Source: an uncultured virus (IMG/VR IMGVR_UViG_3300032227_001252) (Duplodnaviria > Heunggongvirae > Uroviricota > Caudoviricetes). From it: DNA of 64,000 nt. Where the stretch lies: the IMG/VR virus record IMGVR_UViG_3300032227_001252; one strand, written 5' to 3'. How positions within the stretch are numbered: the first letter of the stretch is position 1; each line of letters begins with the position of its first letter. Below, piece after piece: positions 44,707 to 54,378 of this stretch. The notes below the pieces were generated by a model. The model was not told the origin of the DNA. It worked only from the letters and a program-made list of their open reading frames with translations, and did no database searches. The position numbers and the translations under genes are program-made.

Positions 44707-45925
44707 GGTTGTACCTCGTCTTGGGACTGTATCCGCGGCGAACAGGCCCGCGTGGGTTGTTGAGCTTTCCGAAGATGGCGGCCATGTCGTCGTAGGCACT
44801 GTCTTCGCCGCTCGCGAACGCAGGCGCGGACACCGGGACTGGTTCCGGGGATCGGGAGGATGCCGCAGATCGCGCCTGGCGCTCACCCGTGAGCCCGAGG
44901 AGTTCGTCGAGGTCGCTCAGGTCGGAGCTGCCCGCGGTTATCTCAGGGGGCGCGGTCTGCTCTGGGTCTCGGGGAGACGTCTCGCCCCAAATGCTGCGGG
45001 TGGACGCGAACATGCGGCGCTGCTCCTCGGTAGGTGCAGCAGCTTCGCCACGCCCACGACGGCTCAAGCGCGGTTCTGCCTTCAATGTCTGCAGACGGCG
45101 ACGGCGCTGATCCTGCTCCGCGTACCGGAAGGCGCGAAGCTCAGCGACCTGCGTCTCTCGCAGTTTGGTCTCTGCGTGGATGAACTCCTCCATGAAGGAG
45201 TCTGGCTCCACATAGGTCTTGGCGACCCGCTTCTGGGCGGTCTTCCCCGCACCCTCCGTCCAGGTGGTCACCATGTGGAGGCCGTCGAAGTATTCCCACG
45301 CCCCGCGAAGCTCCAGGCTCACGTCCGCCCACGACTCGATCGTCTCGATGTAGTCAGCGTGCCTCTCGGGGTGGTTCGCGGAGTTGATGCCGAAGATCGC
45401 CTGAGCTGCCGATTTCATCACGTCGCGAGCCGCGGCCACATCATCGCTCACGACGGCCCAGCCGAAGCCTTTCGGCAGGGGCGGCGCTTCGGGAACTTCA
45501 GACACGGCGACGTGCGGCATAGAAACCGGCACCACCGTCTTGCAGAGGGCGGTGATGTAGACCAGGTAGGCGTCCATGACGTTCGAGAAAGCGCGGGAAC
45601 GCATCTCAACGACGCTCATGATGTCGCCGATGCCCGACATCGCCGTGTAGTCGGCGATCGTCGTGACCTTGGGTCCGCCGCCCCACCGCGTGTAGGGCTG
45701 CTTGATCGTGCCCTGCTCTTTGCCGTAGAGGCTCTCACGCGGCCCCTTGAACATGTCCCAGAAGTGGCGTGCTGCTGCCTGAACAGCGGGATCATCGGGC
45801 GAGAGACACCGCGTCCGCGGATCAGTGATGCACTTCTTGGCCCTCTCAAACGTGAGATAGCGCTCCGACGTACGTTGAACGTCGTGGCTCAAGTACGCGG
45901 CAGGGTTCTTCCGGCGGACGGGCAT
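44696..45925 (-). CDS. hypothetical protein with MPVRRKNP leader
   Basis: 409-aa ORF; NP motifs near both termini. Confidence 0.65.
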   Translation of the reverse strand: MPVRRKNPAAYLSHDVQRTSERYLTFERAKKCITDPRTRCLSPDDPAVQAAARHFWDMFKGPRESLYGKEQGTIKQPYTRWGGGPKVTTIADYTAMSGIGDIMSVVEMRSRAFSNVMDAYLVYITALCKTVVPVSMPHVAVSEVPEAPPLPKGFGWAVVSDDVAAARDVMKSAAQAIFGINSANHPERHADYIETIESWADVSLELRGAWEYFDGLHMVTTWTEGAGKTAQKRVAKTYVEPDSFMEEFIHAETKLRETQVAELRAFRYAEQDQRRRRLQTLKAEPRLSRRGRGEAAAPTEEQRRMFASTRSIWGETSPRDPEQTAPPEITAGSSDLSDLDELLGLTGERQARSAASSRSPEPVPVSAPAFASGEDSAYDDMAAIFGKLNNPRGPVRRGYSPKTRYNRGR

Positions 45926-45937
45926 GCCCTGAGACTA

Positions 45938-46531
45938 TCATGCCTCCTCGAGGAACTGGGACAAGGGCATAGCACTGCCCACGAGCACGGCTACGGCCTG
46001 TCCAGGCCTCGATCGGGTGTCGTATCGGAACACCTGCACCGGCGTACTCTCGGTGACGACCTTCTCGATGTGCAGCAGATGGGCCAGCAGGACGCTCAGC
46101 GGGGCCGGGCGGTCCGGCGTGTATCGCTCAGCCAGAGCATCGGCGGCATACAGCCCCTTGTACCGAAGGATGCTCGGCTTCCCCGAGAGCGTGGCGCCCT
46201 GAAGGACGACCAGTCCGGAGGTGTTCGATTCGAAATCCGGGAACACAGACACGGACGTGACCATGTTCCGGCGAAGCTGGATCTCCTTGACCGCCTTGTT
46301 CGAGCGCACCCACGGGTACAGGAACTCGATGCTGCGCCGGAGCATTTTTGCCCGCTCTCGAACAGCCTTCCCGCGCAGGCTCTCGTCCGAGACCTGAGTC
46401 GGGTACATCTGCTCTTGAAGCCTCGAGTAGATCTCCAGTACCACCTCATCGGACGGGTCCGGGGTGCCTGCCAGGATCTCAAGTTCGCGCATGGCGTGCT
46501 CGCGAAGCTGCTCAGGGGTGTAGCGGCTCAT
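45938..46531 (-). CDS. hypothetical protein
   Basis: 197 aa; ATGA overlap. Confidence 0.6.
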   Translation of the reverse strand: MSRYTPEQLREHAMRELEILAGTPDPSDEVVLEIYSRLQEQMYPTQVSDESLRGKAVRERAKMLRRSIEFLYPWVRSNKAVKEIQLRRNMVTSVSVFPDFESNTSGLVVLQGATLSGKPSILRYKGLYAADALAERYTPDRPAPLSVLLAHLLHIEKVVTESTPVQVFRYDTRSRPGQAVAVLVGSAMPLSQFLEEA

Positions 46532-47190
46532 GACACCAGCCTCTTGGTCAGGAAGAACGTCGTCCCCGCCACCATGAGCGCTCCTGCGATGAAGGGCAGC
46601 GGGTTCTTGGAGACAGCGCCTGCCGCCTGCTGAGCCGCGGCCACGAAGTTCTCCAGACCCTCCTCGGCGAACAGAGCGGCTTCTCGTGCTCGGCGGGTCA
46701 CGAGCCCCTGAATGACCTGGCCCTTCGAGGTCACAGGTCCCGAAGCAATGGCCTTCTGCGCGGCGGCGTAATCCCCACGGCGGACGGCCTCAGTCGCAGA
46801 GTTCACGGAGTAGCTGTTCGGGCCCGTGTTCCAGGCCAGCGAAAACAGTGCGTCGAACATGGCCTGAGAGAGCCGGGCGCCTACGAGCTTCCGGTTGAGG
46901 CTGTTCTCGAATTCCGCGAGTTTGAGCCGGTTGATCTGCTCGAGCTCAGCCGCGGGGATCTGCTTGCCAAGGTACTTGGCGTACTGCTGCCTCGCCGCCT
47001 CCCCCTGGATGGCCACTCCGATACCCATTGTCGGAGTGCCCCTCGCCTCCTCGTACGAGTTCAGGGGGCGAAGTGCCCCAGTGCGGAGGTCGTCGTAGAT
47101 GAACGGGACGTTGGCCTCCGTGCGCACAAGCTCGTCGTACCCCTTCTTCGACAGGTGGAACTGGGGGTTCGCAGGTGCGGCGGCGGCCAT
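46528..47190 (-). CDS. GH24 phage lysozyme with C-terminal TM anchor
   Basis: LSKKG...E-x7-D, TMGIG, LSQAMFDALFSLAWNTG, GLVTRRARE; C-terminal PLPFIAGALMVAGTTFFL-TKR. Confidence 0.85.
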   Translation of the reverse strand: MAAAAPANPQFHLSKKGYDELVRTEANVPFIYDDLRTGALRPLNSYEEARGTPTMGIGVAIQGEAARQQYAKYLGKQIPAAELEQINRLKLAEFENSLNRKLVGARLSQAMFDALFSLAWNTGPNSYSVNSATEAVRRGDYAAAQKAIASGPVTSKGQVIQGLVTRRAREAALFAEEGLENFVAAAQQAAGAVSKNPLPFIAGALMVAGTTFFLTKRLVS

Positions 47191-47474
47191 CAGTGCTCCG
47201 ATTCGTCTTCCTTGGCGATGATCCGCTCGATCTTCGCCTCCAGCGCGGAGACGGCGGTCTTGAGGTCGACGAGCAGCTCCATCATACGCTCCAGCGTGAC
47301 CTCCTCTCGGGAGCGGAGAGCATCTGCACGCTGCGATGCCGACACGGGCGCGCGGCGGGGAGACGTCGGCTTCCTTGCCTTGCGACGCTCCACTTCAGCG
47401 TGGGCATCCAGATCGCCCTCCTGCATGAGGGCAGCCAGTTCGGTAGAGCTCATCCGTAAGTACTTGATTTTCAT
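47190..47474 (-). CDS. hypothetical coiled-coil protein
   Basis: Coupled ORF; heptad-rich C-terminus. Confidence 0.55.
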   Translation of the reverse strand: MKIKYLRMSSTELAALMQEGDLDAHAEVERRKARKPTSPRRAPVSASQRADALRSREEVTLERMMELLVDLKTAVSALEAKIERIIAKEDESEH

Positions 47475-48097
47475 CCATCCCTCCGCGCGCGAGCGTAGCG
47501 GGCATTCACGGCGTTCCAGTTGATGATGCCCCAGATCGCCTTGACGTAGTCAGCCCGCTTGTTCTGGTACTTCAAGTAGTACGCGTGCTCCCACACGTCC
47601 ACGACAAGGAGGGGGATGGCGTTGGGAAGCCAGCCGTTCTGGTGGTTCTCGATCGAGAGGATGAAGGAGCGCTGGAAGTCGGGAGACCAGGCCAACACCG
47701 CCCACCCGCTGCCCCGCGTGGCGATGGCGATGTCGCTGAACTCCTCCATGAACATCTGCGGGCTTCCGAAGTCGCGCACGATGAGCTGGTGAAGCGCCTG
47801 AGACGGCATCCCTCCCTGGCCGGGCTTGCACAGGTTTTCCCAGTACATCTTGTGGAGGACAGCGCCGGAACCGTTGAACGCCACCGACTGCGCGAGGGAG
47901 AGGCGCATGCGTCGGCGGGTAGCGTCGGGGATCTTCTCGCCTTCCCGCGCACGCGCCAGCGAATCCAGGGCTTCGTCGAGACCGGCGTAGTACGACTCTT
48001 CGTGCCCGTTGTGGTGGATGTCGACGGTCTTGGCGTCGATCACCGGTTCCAGCATCGTGGCGGGGTACGGGAGCGGCGGCATGCGGTAGTTAGCCAT
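47471..48097 (-). CDS. sod: Fe/Mn superoxide dismutase
   Basis: PPLPY...LEP, HHNGH, FNGSG..LHKMYWENL, GSGW, DVWEHAYYLKYQN. Confidence 0.95.
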   Translation of the reverse strand: MANYRMPPLPYPATMLEPVIDAKTVDIHHNGHEESYYAGLDEALDSLARAREGEKIPDATRRRMRLSLAQSVAFNGSGAVLHKMYWENLCKPGQGGMPSQALHQLIVRDFGSPQMFMEEFSDIAIATRGSGWAVLAWSPDFQRSFILSIENHQNGWLPNAIPLLVVDVWEHAYYLKYQNKRADYVKAIWGIINWNAVNARYARARRDG

Positions 48098-48410
48098 TGA
48101 GGGCACCGTGGCGAAGGAGGTGGGCGTTCAGCTCCATCCAGGCGGACGGCAGCGCGAACAAGGGGCAGTTGAAGGTAGAGATGGCGTGGCCCTCTACCCA
48201 AGAGACGAGTCCAGCAGGGAGCGCATCTGCCCGAAGAAGAGGCGCAGCAGGGAGGACACCCCGAAGCGCCCTCCACACCTCGCCGGACTTCATCACGGCG
48301 ACCCGGGTGTGCGTGCCGCGGTCTGCGTACTCGACCACTACGACAGGACTGTCCAGCCCTTCGTGCCGCAGGACGCAGGTAGCGGTGGGGTCGATTCGGA
48401 AGAAGGTCAT
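48090..48410 (-). CDS. hypothetical protein
   Basis: ORF from MTFFRID; fills the gap. Confidence 0.5.
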   Translation of the reverse strand: MTFFRIDPTATCVLRHEGLDSPVVVVEYADRGTHTRVAVMKSGEVWRALRGVLPAAPLLRADALPAGLVSWVEGHAISTFNCPLFALPSAWMELNAHLLRHGALNG

Positions 48411-48418
48411 GCAGTGCT

Positions 48419-49021
48419 CTAACCCAGGCGCAGTGCCGCGAGCACTCGGCGCCATGCTTCGCCTTGAGACGCGGGATCGCCCGTTCGGACGCGGATCTCG
48501 ATGCCGAGCTTCCCGTTGATGCCCGATACGGTCGCACGCACTCCGAGGACGGCGTCCATGTCCGCCACCCGACTCCAGATGAGACTCGAGGGCGGAGGCA
48601 CGAGAGCGAGGTAGCCGCACCCGTTGGTGGCCACAACCTCGCTCTGAAAGACCTGCGCGCTCGGCCAGGGGATGCTGTAGTACTGATCCTTGAAGCGGAC
48701 TCTGTGGCCTGACTCCACGTCCACGAAGATCATCCCTGTCGTCCGGATCGCCTCAACGTCCTGCAGCAGGTCACGGTAGACCGTGCGCGCCCAGACCCTG
48801 TCCTGCCAGTGACCCGAGCAGGAGGGCATCGTCGGTACCCCGAGGGTGTGCAGTTTCGCGACAAGGAGCCGCAACTGCGGATCGACCGTGCTGTAATCTC
48901 GGAGGAACGCAGGCGGGCGAAGAGGTTCTGGTCGGTGGTAGAACCACCGCGAGCCCCTCCGCTCGGGCTTGTACCACCTCTTTGAAGCAAAGCCTTCGGG
49001 CGGCACAAAACTCGCGTCCAT
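48419..49021 (-). CDS. hypothetical protein with TxxSCSGH motif
   Basis: VDPQLRLLVAKLHTLGVPTMPSCSGH (resembles the start of TYW3-like folds). Confidence 0.55.
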   Translation of the reverse strand: MDASFVPPEGFASKRWYKPERRGSRWFYHRPEPLRPPAFLRDYSTVDPQLRLLVAKLHTLGVPTMPSCSGHWQDRVWARTVYRDLLQDVEAIRTTGMIFVDVESGHRVRFKDQYYSIPWPSAQVFQSEVVATNGCGYLALVPPPSSLIWSRVADMDAVLGVRATVSGINGKLGIEIRVRTGDPASQGEAWRRVLAALRLG

Positions 49022-49713
49022 CAACGCTCCAGACGGGGCATACCGGGAAGAGGCTTGCCCTTCTTCGCCTGTTCGCGGGCGTACCAGGTTGCCGCGATTC
49101 CCGCCACACAAAGAACCACAAGGCGCCCGAACCACGGGCTCACGGTCTCAGTCTCGACGACGTCATTCGACTTCGGCATCGAGCCTGACATCGACCACGC
49201 CATCGCTCCCGCCTCATCAACCGGCAACCCGTCGATGCCCTGCGGGAACAGATCAGACGCCGTGTTCAGGCGCTTGATGACCTCGAAGTGCTTGCCGTTG
49301 GGCCGCTCGATGCGGTGCACCCACACGTCCATGATGGAGCGCCAGTCGTAGGCTCCGGCGATCTCCTTCTTGGTGGCGGGGCTGTCCGTGATCGCCTTCA
49401 GGATTCGCTCGGTGTTCAGCTGGGCATCCTTGCGCGAGTCTCCGCCCGGGTACTGAAACCCCGTCGGCATCCCGACACCCAGACCGCCCTTCTTGTTGAG
49501 CATGAACAGGCCCGCGGAGTCCTCCTTCGAGGACTTCAGCGTTGCCGTCGGAACGAGCTTGCTCTCCGCGTACGCGTTCACGACGGCCATCGCCGCAAAG
49601 TCGCGGCTGTAACCGGCGTTCACGAAGGCGTTCTCGATCAGGTCGACCATCTCGAGCTGTGCATCCAGCAGCTTCTTGCGCATGTAGAAGCGCAGGGGGT
49701 ATTGGCGGCTCAT
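49021..49713 (-). CDS. phage-tail-lysozyme / lytic-transglycosylase-like protein with C-terminal TM
   Basis: AMAVVNAYAES, DSAGLFML, RIERP; TM LVVLCVAGIAATWYA followed by a basic tail. Confidence 0.65.
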   Translation of the reverse strand: MSRQYPLRFYMRKKLLDAQLEMVDLIENAFVNAGYSRDFAAMAVVNAYAESKLVPTATLKSSKEDSAGLFMLNKKGGLGVGMPTGFQYPGGDSRKDAQLNTERILKAITDSPATKKEIAGAYDWRSIMDVWVHRIERPNGKHFEVIKRLNTASDLFPQGIDGLPVDEAGAMAWSMSGSMPKSNDVVETETVSPWFGRLVVLCVAGIAATWYAREQAKKGKPLPGMPRLER

Positions 49714-49958
49714 GTGCGGATCCCGACGTGCTTTTCAGCCTTGTAGATCTTGTACCCGACCGAGAGCAGGGTGCTGAGTGCACCGAAGAGGATGGCCGTG
49801 CGAACCTCCTTCTTCACGCTCACGTTCGGGTCGATGTGCGACACGATGTAGGCAGCTGCGCCGGACGACACAGCCCCGGTCACCAGGGCGATGGCGAGCA
49901 GGTTCTGCACCTCTGGCTTCGACAGCATCGCCGTGCCCTGCTGCGAGATGAGACTCAT
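49710..49958 (-). CDS. small two-TM membrane protein
   Basis: Two hydrophobic helices. Confidence 0.55.
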   Translation of the reverse strand: MSLISQQGTAMLSKPEVQNLLAIALVTGAVSSGAAAYIVSHIDPNVSVKKEVRTAILFGALSTLLSVGYKIYKAEKHVGIRT

Positions 49959-50683
49959 CGGGAACTCCTGCGACTTCTCTCGTCGACAACATGAAGGAGC
50001 GCGAACTGACGCGCGTTGAGGTCGGCTCGCCGCTTTGCGTCGTCCGACGTTGACTTCTGCTTCACAGCACGCGCGATCGTGCGAAGTTCAGCGCTCACAC
50101 CGGTCGTGGGGTACCCGGAGTACACAGCACGATAGCGCGCCACCTCGCTCTTGGGAGGAGCAGGGTTGATTCGCTGCGACATGGAGTTGATCGCGAGCTC
50201 GCAGTCGCCGTCGGAGAAGCCTTCGTCCTGAAAGTTGAGCACTTCCTTGAGCTCATCGCAGAGCGTGCGGATGAGCACAGAACGAAGAGACGCCTCCTGA
50301 AGCGGAATGTTGATCGGGGCATCCCCGAGCCCTTGAGCGCGCATCAGAAGTTCACGAAGAACCTTCGCCATCTCGATGGGCTTGTGCTCCCCGAGCACCT
50401 TCTGGGCCTTCCTGTACCGCATCTTGGCTTGCATCGGAGTCACAGGGGCGAACCTGTTTGCCAGGATGGAGAGGACTTGACGGGCCTCCCCTCGACTCAT
50501 GATCGGACGGCCACGACGACGCGCGGCCTCCTCTGGATAGTCTTTCTGGATGCCGCGGGGCGTCAGCAGTTCGATGAACTCATCCGGCACGCCCGTTTCC
50601 GGGTCGATGCCGACGTAGACCTCCCGCACGGTGACGACACCTGTGCCGGGCAGCACGAACCTGACGCCTCGGGCGATCCGCAT
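49955..50683 (-). CDS. CarD/CdnL-family transcription factor with RINP-separated C-terminal extension
   Basis: VLPGTGVVTV..., RPIMS...A..VL..L, RYR.....L......EMAKVLREL, E......R..L..EL..V. Confidence 0.7.
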   Translation of the reverse strand: MRIARGVRFVLPGTGVVTVREVYVGIDPETGVPDEFIELLTPRGIQKDYPEEAARRRGRPIMSRGEARQVLSILANRFAPVTPMQAKMRYRKAQKVLGEHKPIEMAKVLRELLMRAQGLGDAPINIPLQEASLRSVLIRTLCDELKEVLNFQDEGFSDGDCELAINSMSQRINPAPPKSEVARYRAVYSGYPTTGVSAELRTIARAVKQKSTSDDAKRRADLNARQFALLHVVDERSRRSSR

Positions 50684-53505
50684 CAGAACGGCCAGCGGGG
50701 GTTCGAGACGATACCGTCGGGCGTGAAGACCAACAGCCTGAACAACCTGTCGAAGGCCGGAAGGCGCGTGACCATGGGCCGGAGCTCGGCGTCAGTCCCG
50801 TCAGTTGTAGTCTTGATATAGAAGCGTGCGCTCGGCGGAGCACCCAGCGGCTGAGGTGCGATGCGGGCATTCATTTCGATGGGGCGGCCACGCTCCTCAA
50901 ACCGGATGAACCGGCCCGGAACGAGTGCAGCAGTGCTGTTCATGAGCAGGTCCACGGGCTGCCAGGAGCCCCGCTTACCGCGGAACATCACGACAGGCTG
51001 GCTCGGCGCCCTGCGGATGGGCGCGGCAGCAGGAGCCGGGGTACCTGCGACACGGCGAATCGTCGACGGGCCCGTCCTCGCGACCGGGATGTCTGGCGTG
51101 GTCTGAACCCGGCCCGTAGGAGCAACTGCCTCTCCTGCCTGAGCGCGCGTGGTCGGAGCCGCCGCTGGAGCCTTCGGAGCTGCAGCCTGACGACGCTTCG
51201 GAGGCTCGCACCAGTCCTTGATGAACCGGTACAGTTCTGGCAGTTGCATCAGGTCGTGGTACACCCGCTCGGAGTCGAGCAGGTTGCGGGAAAGAGCGCT
51301 TGCCGCAGAGCGATCTGCCTGCACGAGCGCCTGCGCCCAGGCGATACGGCTGAGGATGTACTCACGGAAGTTGCTCGTGACCTCGCGCTCAGCCGCGAAA
51401 GACATGCGGAGGTACTCCATCCGCGCATTGCCCGTCATCGCCCCGTACGCGAACGAGAGCGGGGTGCTGAAGTCAGACGTAGGCGTCTCTCCGTACGTCC
51501 GGAGTGCTTCAGCACGCCGCCGCTCGAGCCGGTTGAGCAGCACGAAAGAGTTGTAGTGCTCTGGCATGTAGTAGCGGATGCTGGGCGGGGGCGCGTTCGG
51601 ATGACGGTTTGCACGGTTGATTCGATCTTCAGCCTGCTCTTCGAGGCCCGGCGCGTCGAAGCGCTGGACGAAGATGACCTCCGCTCCGGCCGGAAGGTCG
51701 ACGCCCTCCCGCCCTGCCTGCGCTGCCACGAGGATGCGAGGTTCCAAGTAGTCGTCGGGCTTGAACCTGTCCGCGATCTTCGACAGCGCGTCATCGCCCC
51801 TGTAGTTGTCCAAGGTGACATCGCGAAGCGTCGCATCTGCCGCCGCCTTGGAGCCGATCACCCGGCCTGCGCGGCTGCCCGAGTAGATGTACAACTCGAA
51901 GCCGGGGATGGTGCTGTAGGTGTCCCAGAGGCGCCCCGCGAGGTCGTAGACCGTTGAGAGGTTGTCGGCGAAGTAGACCGTGGGACGGTAGAGCGTCGCC
52001 CCAGAGTCGTCCTTGTGGAGGCCCTGCCCGAAACGGCGAACCGCAGCAGGCACGACTTCCTGCGCCATCTCCTCCGCGGACTCGGTCCCGACGCCGGACT
52101 TGAGCCGTGCCGTAGCGCAGCGGAACTGCTCGATGATGCCGCGCACACGGGTGGACTTCAACAGCTCTGCAATCTGCTGATCGGGAGTCTGGCGTGCGGT
52201 GATGAAGCGATCCAGAACATGGTGGAGGATCTGACCATCCAACAGGGCCATCAGGCCTGCGCGCTGGTAGAACTTGTGGGGCTGATCAGACGTGCGTGAG
52301 ATCGCTCCTGCCGTAGTGACAGGCTCGAGGAAGAGCGCGCGATCCTTCTTGCCGATGCCGACCGCCAGGGGCGGGGACTTCGTCTTCGTGACCACGTCGG
52401 CACGCGAGCGGCGAACCACCATCTGCCGGAACTGATTCTCAACGCTGCGCGCGTGCGCGTCCGAGTATTCCGGTGCGAAGTTCTTCAAGTCGCCGGATTC
52501 GGGGAGGCGTGCGACCGTGGGGGCATCGTCGGTGCTTTTCCCTGCGTGCCGCTCGATGAAGGACTTCTGCACGTCTGCCCACCCTGCAGTGGGCGGATCT
52601 GAGAACAGTCCCGAAAACTGCCGCACCTCAGGGATCACGTTGCTCTGCGGGTCCACGAGCGCCAAGATGGGCAGAGTCTGAGTGACCGTCGAAAGCGACG
52701 GAGTGCCTGTCAGCGCGAGAACGTGCGCGGCCGTCGTCGCCATCATGTAGCCGCGCCGGAACATCTCGCTCTCGGGCACGCGGAAGTAGTGTGCCTCGTC
52801 GAATACGAGAAGCCCACGCTTCGAGAGAGCGTTCGCGATCGTCTTGAGTGCCGCATCCCGCTCCTGGCCGCGAACTGCCGCCTCGCTCTTGGTGCGCGTC
52901 CCCTTGGGCTCGGTGAGGAGCTCGTTCCAGATGATGTAGGCAATATCGGGGTCCTTCTCGCTCGCGATGTCTACCGCCGCGAGGACAAGTTCTGCCTGAC
53001 TCTGAATGAGACGCACGCGCAGGGCTCCGGGCTTGACCCACGCTGAGTGGATGTCTCCGGTCCCTCCAAGCTGCTTCTCCCACGCGCCGATGGCGTTGCG
53101 GGGACAGACCACGACCAGCGGGAGGTAGTTCTCAGGGCACGAGACCGCCAGCCCGATGGCCTGCACAGTCTTCCCGAGTCCCATGGGGTCGAAGAGACCT
53201 GCACGACCGCGCCGGGCCAAAGCGAACGCGATGCCGATCTTCTGGTAGGGCTCCAGGCGGATGGGCACGCCGGACTTCGTCCGATGCTCCTTGTTGCGGT
53301 AGGACGAGTTCTCGAACGCGGTCTCGACCACATTCGCAAGGCGGGTGAACTCCGCATTGTGCGGGGTGTTGTCCGCGGAGCCCCCCGTGTAGCGGCTCAT
53401 TTCCTGCATCGTGGCTGGCGACTTGAGGATCAACGCGCAAGCCGACGACCCCGAGTGCGGGTTGAAGTTGATCGGGATGAGCCGGGCGCCAGGGATGCGG
53501 ATCAT
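50683..53505 (-). CDS. SNF2/HARP-like helicase, second copy, with long extensions
   Basis: LEPYQ, DPMGLGKT, FDEAH, LTGTP, AGREGVDL, EQAEDRINR. Confidence 0.8.
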   Translation of the reverse strand: MIRIPGARLIPINFNPHSGSSACALILKSPATMQEMSRYTGGSADNTPHNAEFTRLANVVETAFENSSYRNKEHRTKSGVPIRLEPYQKIGIAFALARRGRAGLFDPMGLGKTVQAIGLAVSCPENYLPLVVVCPRNAIGAWEKQLGGTGDIHSAWVKPGALRVRLIQSQAELVLAAVDIASEKDPDIAYIIWNELLTEPKGTRTKSEAAVRGQERDAALKTIANALSKRGLLVFDEAHYFRVPESEMFRRGYMMATTAAHVLALTGTPSLSTVTQTLPILALVDPQSNVIPEVRQFSGLFSDPPTAGWADVQKSFIERHAGKSTDDAPTVARLPESGDLKNFAPEYSDAHARSVENQFRQMVVRRSRADVVTKTKSPPLAVGIGKKDRALFLEPVTTAGAISRTSDQPHKFYQRAGLMALLDGQILHHVLDRFITARQTPDQQIAELLKSTRVRGIIEQFRCATARLKSGVGTESAEEMAQEVVPAAVRRFGQGLHKDDSGATLYRPTVYFADNLSTVYDLAGRLWDTYSTIPGFELYIYSGSRAGRVIGSKAAADATLRDVTLDNYRGDDALSKIADRFKPDDYLEPRILVAAQAGREGVDLPAGAEVIFVQRFDAPGLEEQAEDRINRANRHPNAPPPSIRYYMPEHYNSFVLLNRLERRRAEALRTYGETPTSDFSTPLSFAYGAMTGNARMEYLRMSFAAEREVTSNFREYILSRIAWAQALVQADRSAASALSRNLLDSERVYHDLMQLPELYRFIKDWCEPPKRRQAAAPKAPAAAPTTRAQAGEAVAPTGRVQTTPDIPVARTGPSTIRRVAGTPAPAAAPIRRAPSQPVVMFRGKRGSWQPVDLLMNSTAALVPGRFIRFEERGRPIEMNARIAPQPLGAPPSARFYIKTTTDGTDAELRPMVTRLPAFDRLFRLLVFTPDGIVSNPRWPF

Positions 53506-53522
53506 GCCGCCAGTCTACCGCC

Positions 53523-54377
53523 TCAATCGGCGTCAGGTCGTGTCAGGTGTGCCATGACCGCCCGCTTGAGCGAGGTGGCGCTCGACCTGCTGATCCCCAT
53601 CCGCTTGGCGATGTCCGTGACGCTGAACCCGCGGTTGTGCTGCTCCACGAACTTCCGCTCCATGGCGTTCAACTCGGCCGTGGCCGCGCGCACGGCGGCT
53701 GCTGCTTGAGCCTGAACTATTGCCGTCTCGTTCTCGTCGTGGCTCGTGCTCGCGGTGATGGTCTCCCCAACGGTCTGACCATCCTCTTCGCCGTCATCTC
53801 CGCTCGTACTGGCGTCCATGGAGATGGCTGCCCCGCGGCGAGCAGCGTCGCTGACCTCGATGATCTCCTCGAGCGTGTGCCTGCGGCCCGTAAGCTGCGT
53901 GAGGAAGTCAGCAAGTTCTTGCTTACTTTCGGGCTTGCGGCCTTGCTGCTTCTCAAAGGCTTTGAGCCAGCCCTTCATCTTGGCCTTCGCCTCAATGCGG
54001 CCGCGGTCGTCGCTGTCCGTGATCGAACCCTTCGCAGCCATGTCGGCGTGGTAGCGAGCGTACGAGAGGAACCCCGAACCTCGTTTCGGGTCGTACTTCT
54101 TCGCCTCCGCCAGGACGCGCATCATGACGTTCGCACCGATGTCCTCGCTGCGCAGCCGCCTCTCGTACTCGTTCCCGAGCATGACCGCGATGGCCTCGAC
54201 TGTCTGCTGGTTCGGCGCGACGCCCTGCTTCGCGGCCGCTTCGGCGGCCTCCTTTGCCCGCTCGATCGCAGCCTTCGGCTGCGGGATCGGGTTCTGGCGA
54301 ACGGGGCGGCGCGTGACGAAGACGAACTTGCCCCCGCGGCGAGAACAGCGAAGAGCTACGGGTGCGCGCGGTGTCAT
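53523..54377 (-). CDS. sigma70-family sigma factor, second copy, with RQNP leader
   Basis: AKKYDPKRGSGFLSYA (region 2), QGRKP...ISMDA (region 3), FSVTDIAKRMGISRS (region 4). Confidence 0.8.
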   Translation of the reverse strand: MTPRAPVALRCSRRGGKFVFVTRRPVRQNPIPQPKAAIERAKEAAEAAAKQGVAPNQQTVEAIAVMLGNEYERRLRSEDIGANVMMRVLAEAKKYDPKRGSGFLSYARYHADMAAKGSITDSDDRGRIEAKAKMKGWLKAFEKQQGRKPESKQELADFLTQLTGRRHTLEEIIEVSDAARRGAAISMDASTSGDDGEEDGQTVGETITASTSHDENETAIVQAQAAAAVRAATAELNAMERKFVEQHNRGFSVTDIAKRMGISRSSATSLKRAVMAHLTRPDAD

Positions 54378-54378
54378 G

